A stretch of 64,000 nucleotides of DNA from Octopus sinensis (lineage: Eukaryota), in assembly GCF_006345805.1 (NCBI RefSeq), contig NC_043003.1, positions 100,750,001-100,814,000 of the forward strand. Direction: 5' to 3'. Every line of letters begins with the position of its first letter. The first letter of the stretch is position 1. The notes below the pieces were generated by a model, which made no database searches, was not told the DNA's origin, and was given only the letters and a program-made list of their open reading frames with translations. The translations under genes were made by a program, and so were the position numbers. Below, piece by piece: positions 61,746-64,000 of the stretch.

Positions 61746-64000
61746 TTAGGAAGATGGATACGTTAGGAGTTCAGAACTTACCCGAAAAACTTGCACAAAC
61801 CTTGCTGGCCATCGAACTGTTCTTCCTGATTTGGTGTGTCGGGGTTGTGCAGCATCTGTGGTGTTCGCTGGAGTTGCCGAGTCTGTTTGAGGAAAAGAGG
61901 GGACTGAATGTAAGTCCTCCTCGATGAAAGCTTTTTTTAAACGATCAATCGAGACCGTATTTCGTTTACCTCCAATATCGAGGACGAAATACTTGGGTTC
62001 TCTTTTGATGACCTTGTAGGGCCCGGAATATGGTGGTCGAAGTTGAGAGGGTATCCCATCATTCCTCACGAAGACATGAGTCCATGTGTTGATATCTTTT
62101 GGGACACGTGAAACGACGTTCTGTTGTCTAGGGCCTGAGGGTGATACTTGCGACATGGATGTTCGTAATCGGTGCACATATTGTTGTGGGTCAGGGAAGT
62201 TTTGTGAAACAGGTTCGATCATCTGCCCAGGTAAGGTGAGTGTTGTGCCATAAACGAGTTCGGCCGGAGTATATCCCAGTTCTTCCTTAATCGTGGATCG
62301 AATTCCAAGGAGGATGAGAGGGAGATGTTCCAACCAGTGAGAACTGTCTGGAGCAGCTTTTATAGATGCCTTGAGTTGGCGGTGAAAGCGTTCCACCATG
62401 CCATTTGCTGCAGGGTGGTAAGCTGTAGTGCGGGTGTGTTTACACCCGAGGAGACGAGTCAGCTCGGTGAAAAGGTGGGAATCGAACTGACGTCCTCTGT
62501 CGGTGGTAATTGTTGCGGGTGTGCCAAAACGCGAAACCCATTGTGATATCAGCGTTTTAGCGACCGTTTCTGCTGATATATCAGATAGGGGCCAGGCTTC
62601 GGGCCATCGCGAGAACCTATCTACGCAAGTTAGCAAATATGAATAGTTCTGCGAAGGTGGCAGGGGTCCAACGATATCAATGTGAACGTGCTGAAATCGT
62701 GCATCGGGCTGCGAAAATGAACCGATTGGTGATTTTATGTGCCGGTGGATTTTCGATTTTTGGCACGCAACACAGCACTTGGTCCATTCTCTGATATCCT
62801 TGTTGATACTGGTCCACACAAAACGGGTCGATATTAGCTTTTGAGTGGAGCGAATACCAGGATGTGACAGAGAATGTAGAGCGGAGAAAACTTCTCGACG
62901 ATATTTCTGTGGTACATAAGGGCGTTGGTAACCAGTGGAAATATCACACCAAATATGGGCTGTGGATGATGGTAGTGGAACATGCTGAAATTTCAGAGAT
63001 GACGAATTCCGGAGCTTTAGAAGTTCTTCGTCATTCTCCTGGTCAGCTGCTATACGTGCCAGATCAATTGTAGACGTGGTGTGGATAGCATTGATCTGCG
63101 CACGTGAAAGTGCATCGGCTGCCACGTTGGTCGTCCCTTTGATGTGGCGTATATCCGTCGTGTACTGCGATATGAAATCGAGGTGGCGTATTTCTCTTGG
63201 CGAATGGCGATCCGGTTTGGTGTTAAATGCGTATACTAATGGCTTGTGGTCGGTATATATGGCAAAATTGGTACCTTCTAGCATATGACGGAAATGCTTA
63301 ACGGCCAGGTATGCCGCCAATAATTCCCGACTGAATGTGCTGTATTTGGTTTCCGCGGGTTTTAACCGCTTAGAAAAGAAAGACAACGGTTGCCATATAC
63401 CGTCAACAAGCTGTTGTAGCACACCTCCGATTCCGGAATCGGATGCATCAACGAGTAAACATCGTGGGGCGTCTGGTTTTGGATAAACCAACATGGTAGC
63501 GCTAGATAACGCTTTTTTCAGGGCAGCGAAAGAAACGAGTTGATCTTCGGTCAGAGCTATATCTGCGTTTTTGCAGGTTCGCTGACGTAGCAAATCCGTG
63601 AGCGGTTGCGCTATTTCAGCGAGGTGGGGCACGAACCGTCGATAGAAATTCGCTAGACCGAGATATTCCCTTAATTTGCGGAGAGATGTGGGTGGTGGAA
63701 AATCCACGATGGCCTTGACTTTCTCGGGAAGGGGACGAATTCCATTTTTATCGACTATATGGCCGAGAAAATGAAGGGAAGCAACTCCGAACAAACATTT
63801 AGTAGGGTTGATAACAATTCCGAATTTACGTAAACGTTCGAATAGCAGGTGAAGGTGTTGATTATGCTCTTCGTCCGAGTTACTGGCCACGAGTATGTCG
63901 TCTATGTAGGCATAGACGAAAGGCAAACCTCTAGTCACCATGTCGATAAACCTTTGGAATGTCTGTGCCGCGTTTCGTAAACCGAAAGGCATACGCAGGA
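61746..64000 (-). mobile_element. Ty3/Gypsy pol (RT C-part, RNase H, HHCC integrase), CsRn1/Kabuki-like, intact ORF running off the window
   Basis: 748 aa without stops: [68 protein letters not shown]. Confidence 0.96.

Overview
AT-rich, microsatellite- and transposon-dense eukaryotic genomic DNA. The SINE, RTE, Dong/R4, Penelope, mariner and Helitron content resembles what I recall from Octopus (coleoid cephalopod) genomes; the species is an inference. Two host genes can be read. (1) CDC14 phosphatase on the minus strand has two internal exons (32758-32848 and 7502-7577) separated by a 25.2-kb intron. (2) U2 snRNP A' (SNRPA1) on the plus strand has three 3' exons (40492-40689, 42494-42587, 47468-~49718). 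I could not find the 5' exons of either gene, and both genes point back to a 100-N assembly gap (36430-36529). The most unusual observation is the last SNRPA1 exon. It joins in the correct phase but encodes about 720-750 aa instead of the ~20-aa acidic tail of human U2A'. It contains diverged 6-aa repeats, about 20 near-identical QQAELERQQELER units and a long poly-acidic tail. Other notable items are a Penelope element with an inverted repeat, a ~175-aa low-complexity insert inside its GIY-YIG domain and a degenerate hammerhead ribozyme; several long hairpins; three copies of one piggyBac derivative; Helitron termini sitting in (TA)n; and an intact Gypsy pol ORF that runs off the right edge. 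Exon, TIR, TSD and hairpin coordinates were counted directly. Boundaries of decayed transposons are approximate (tens of bp).
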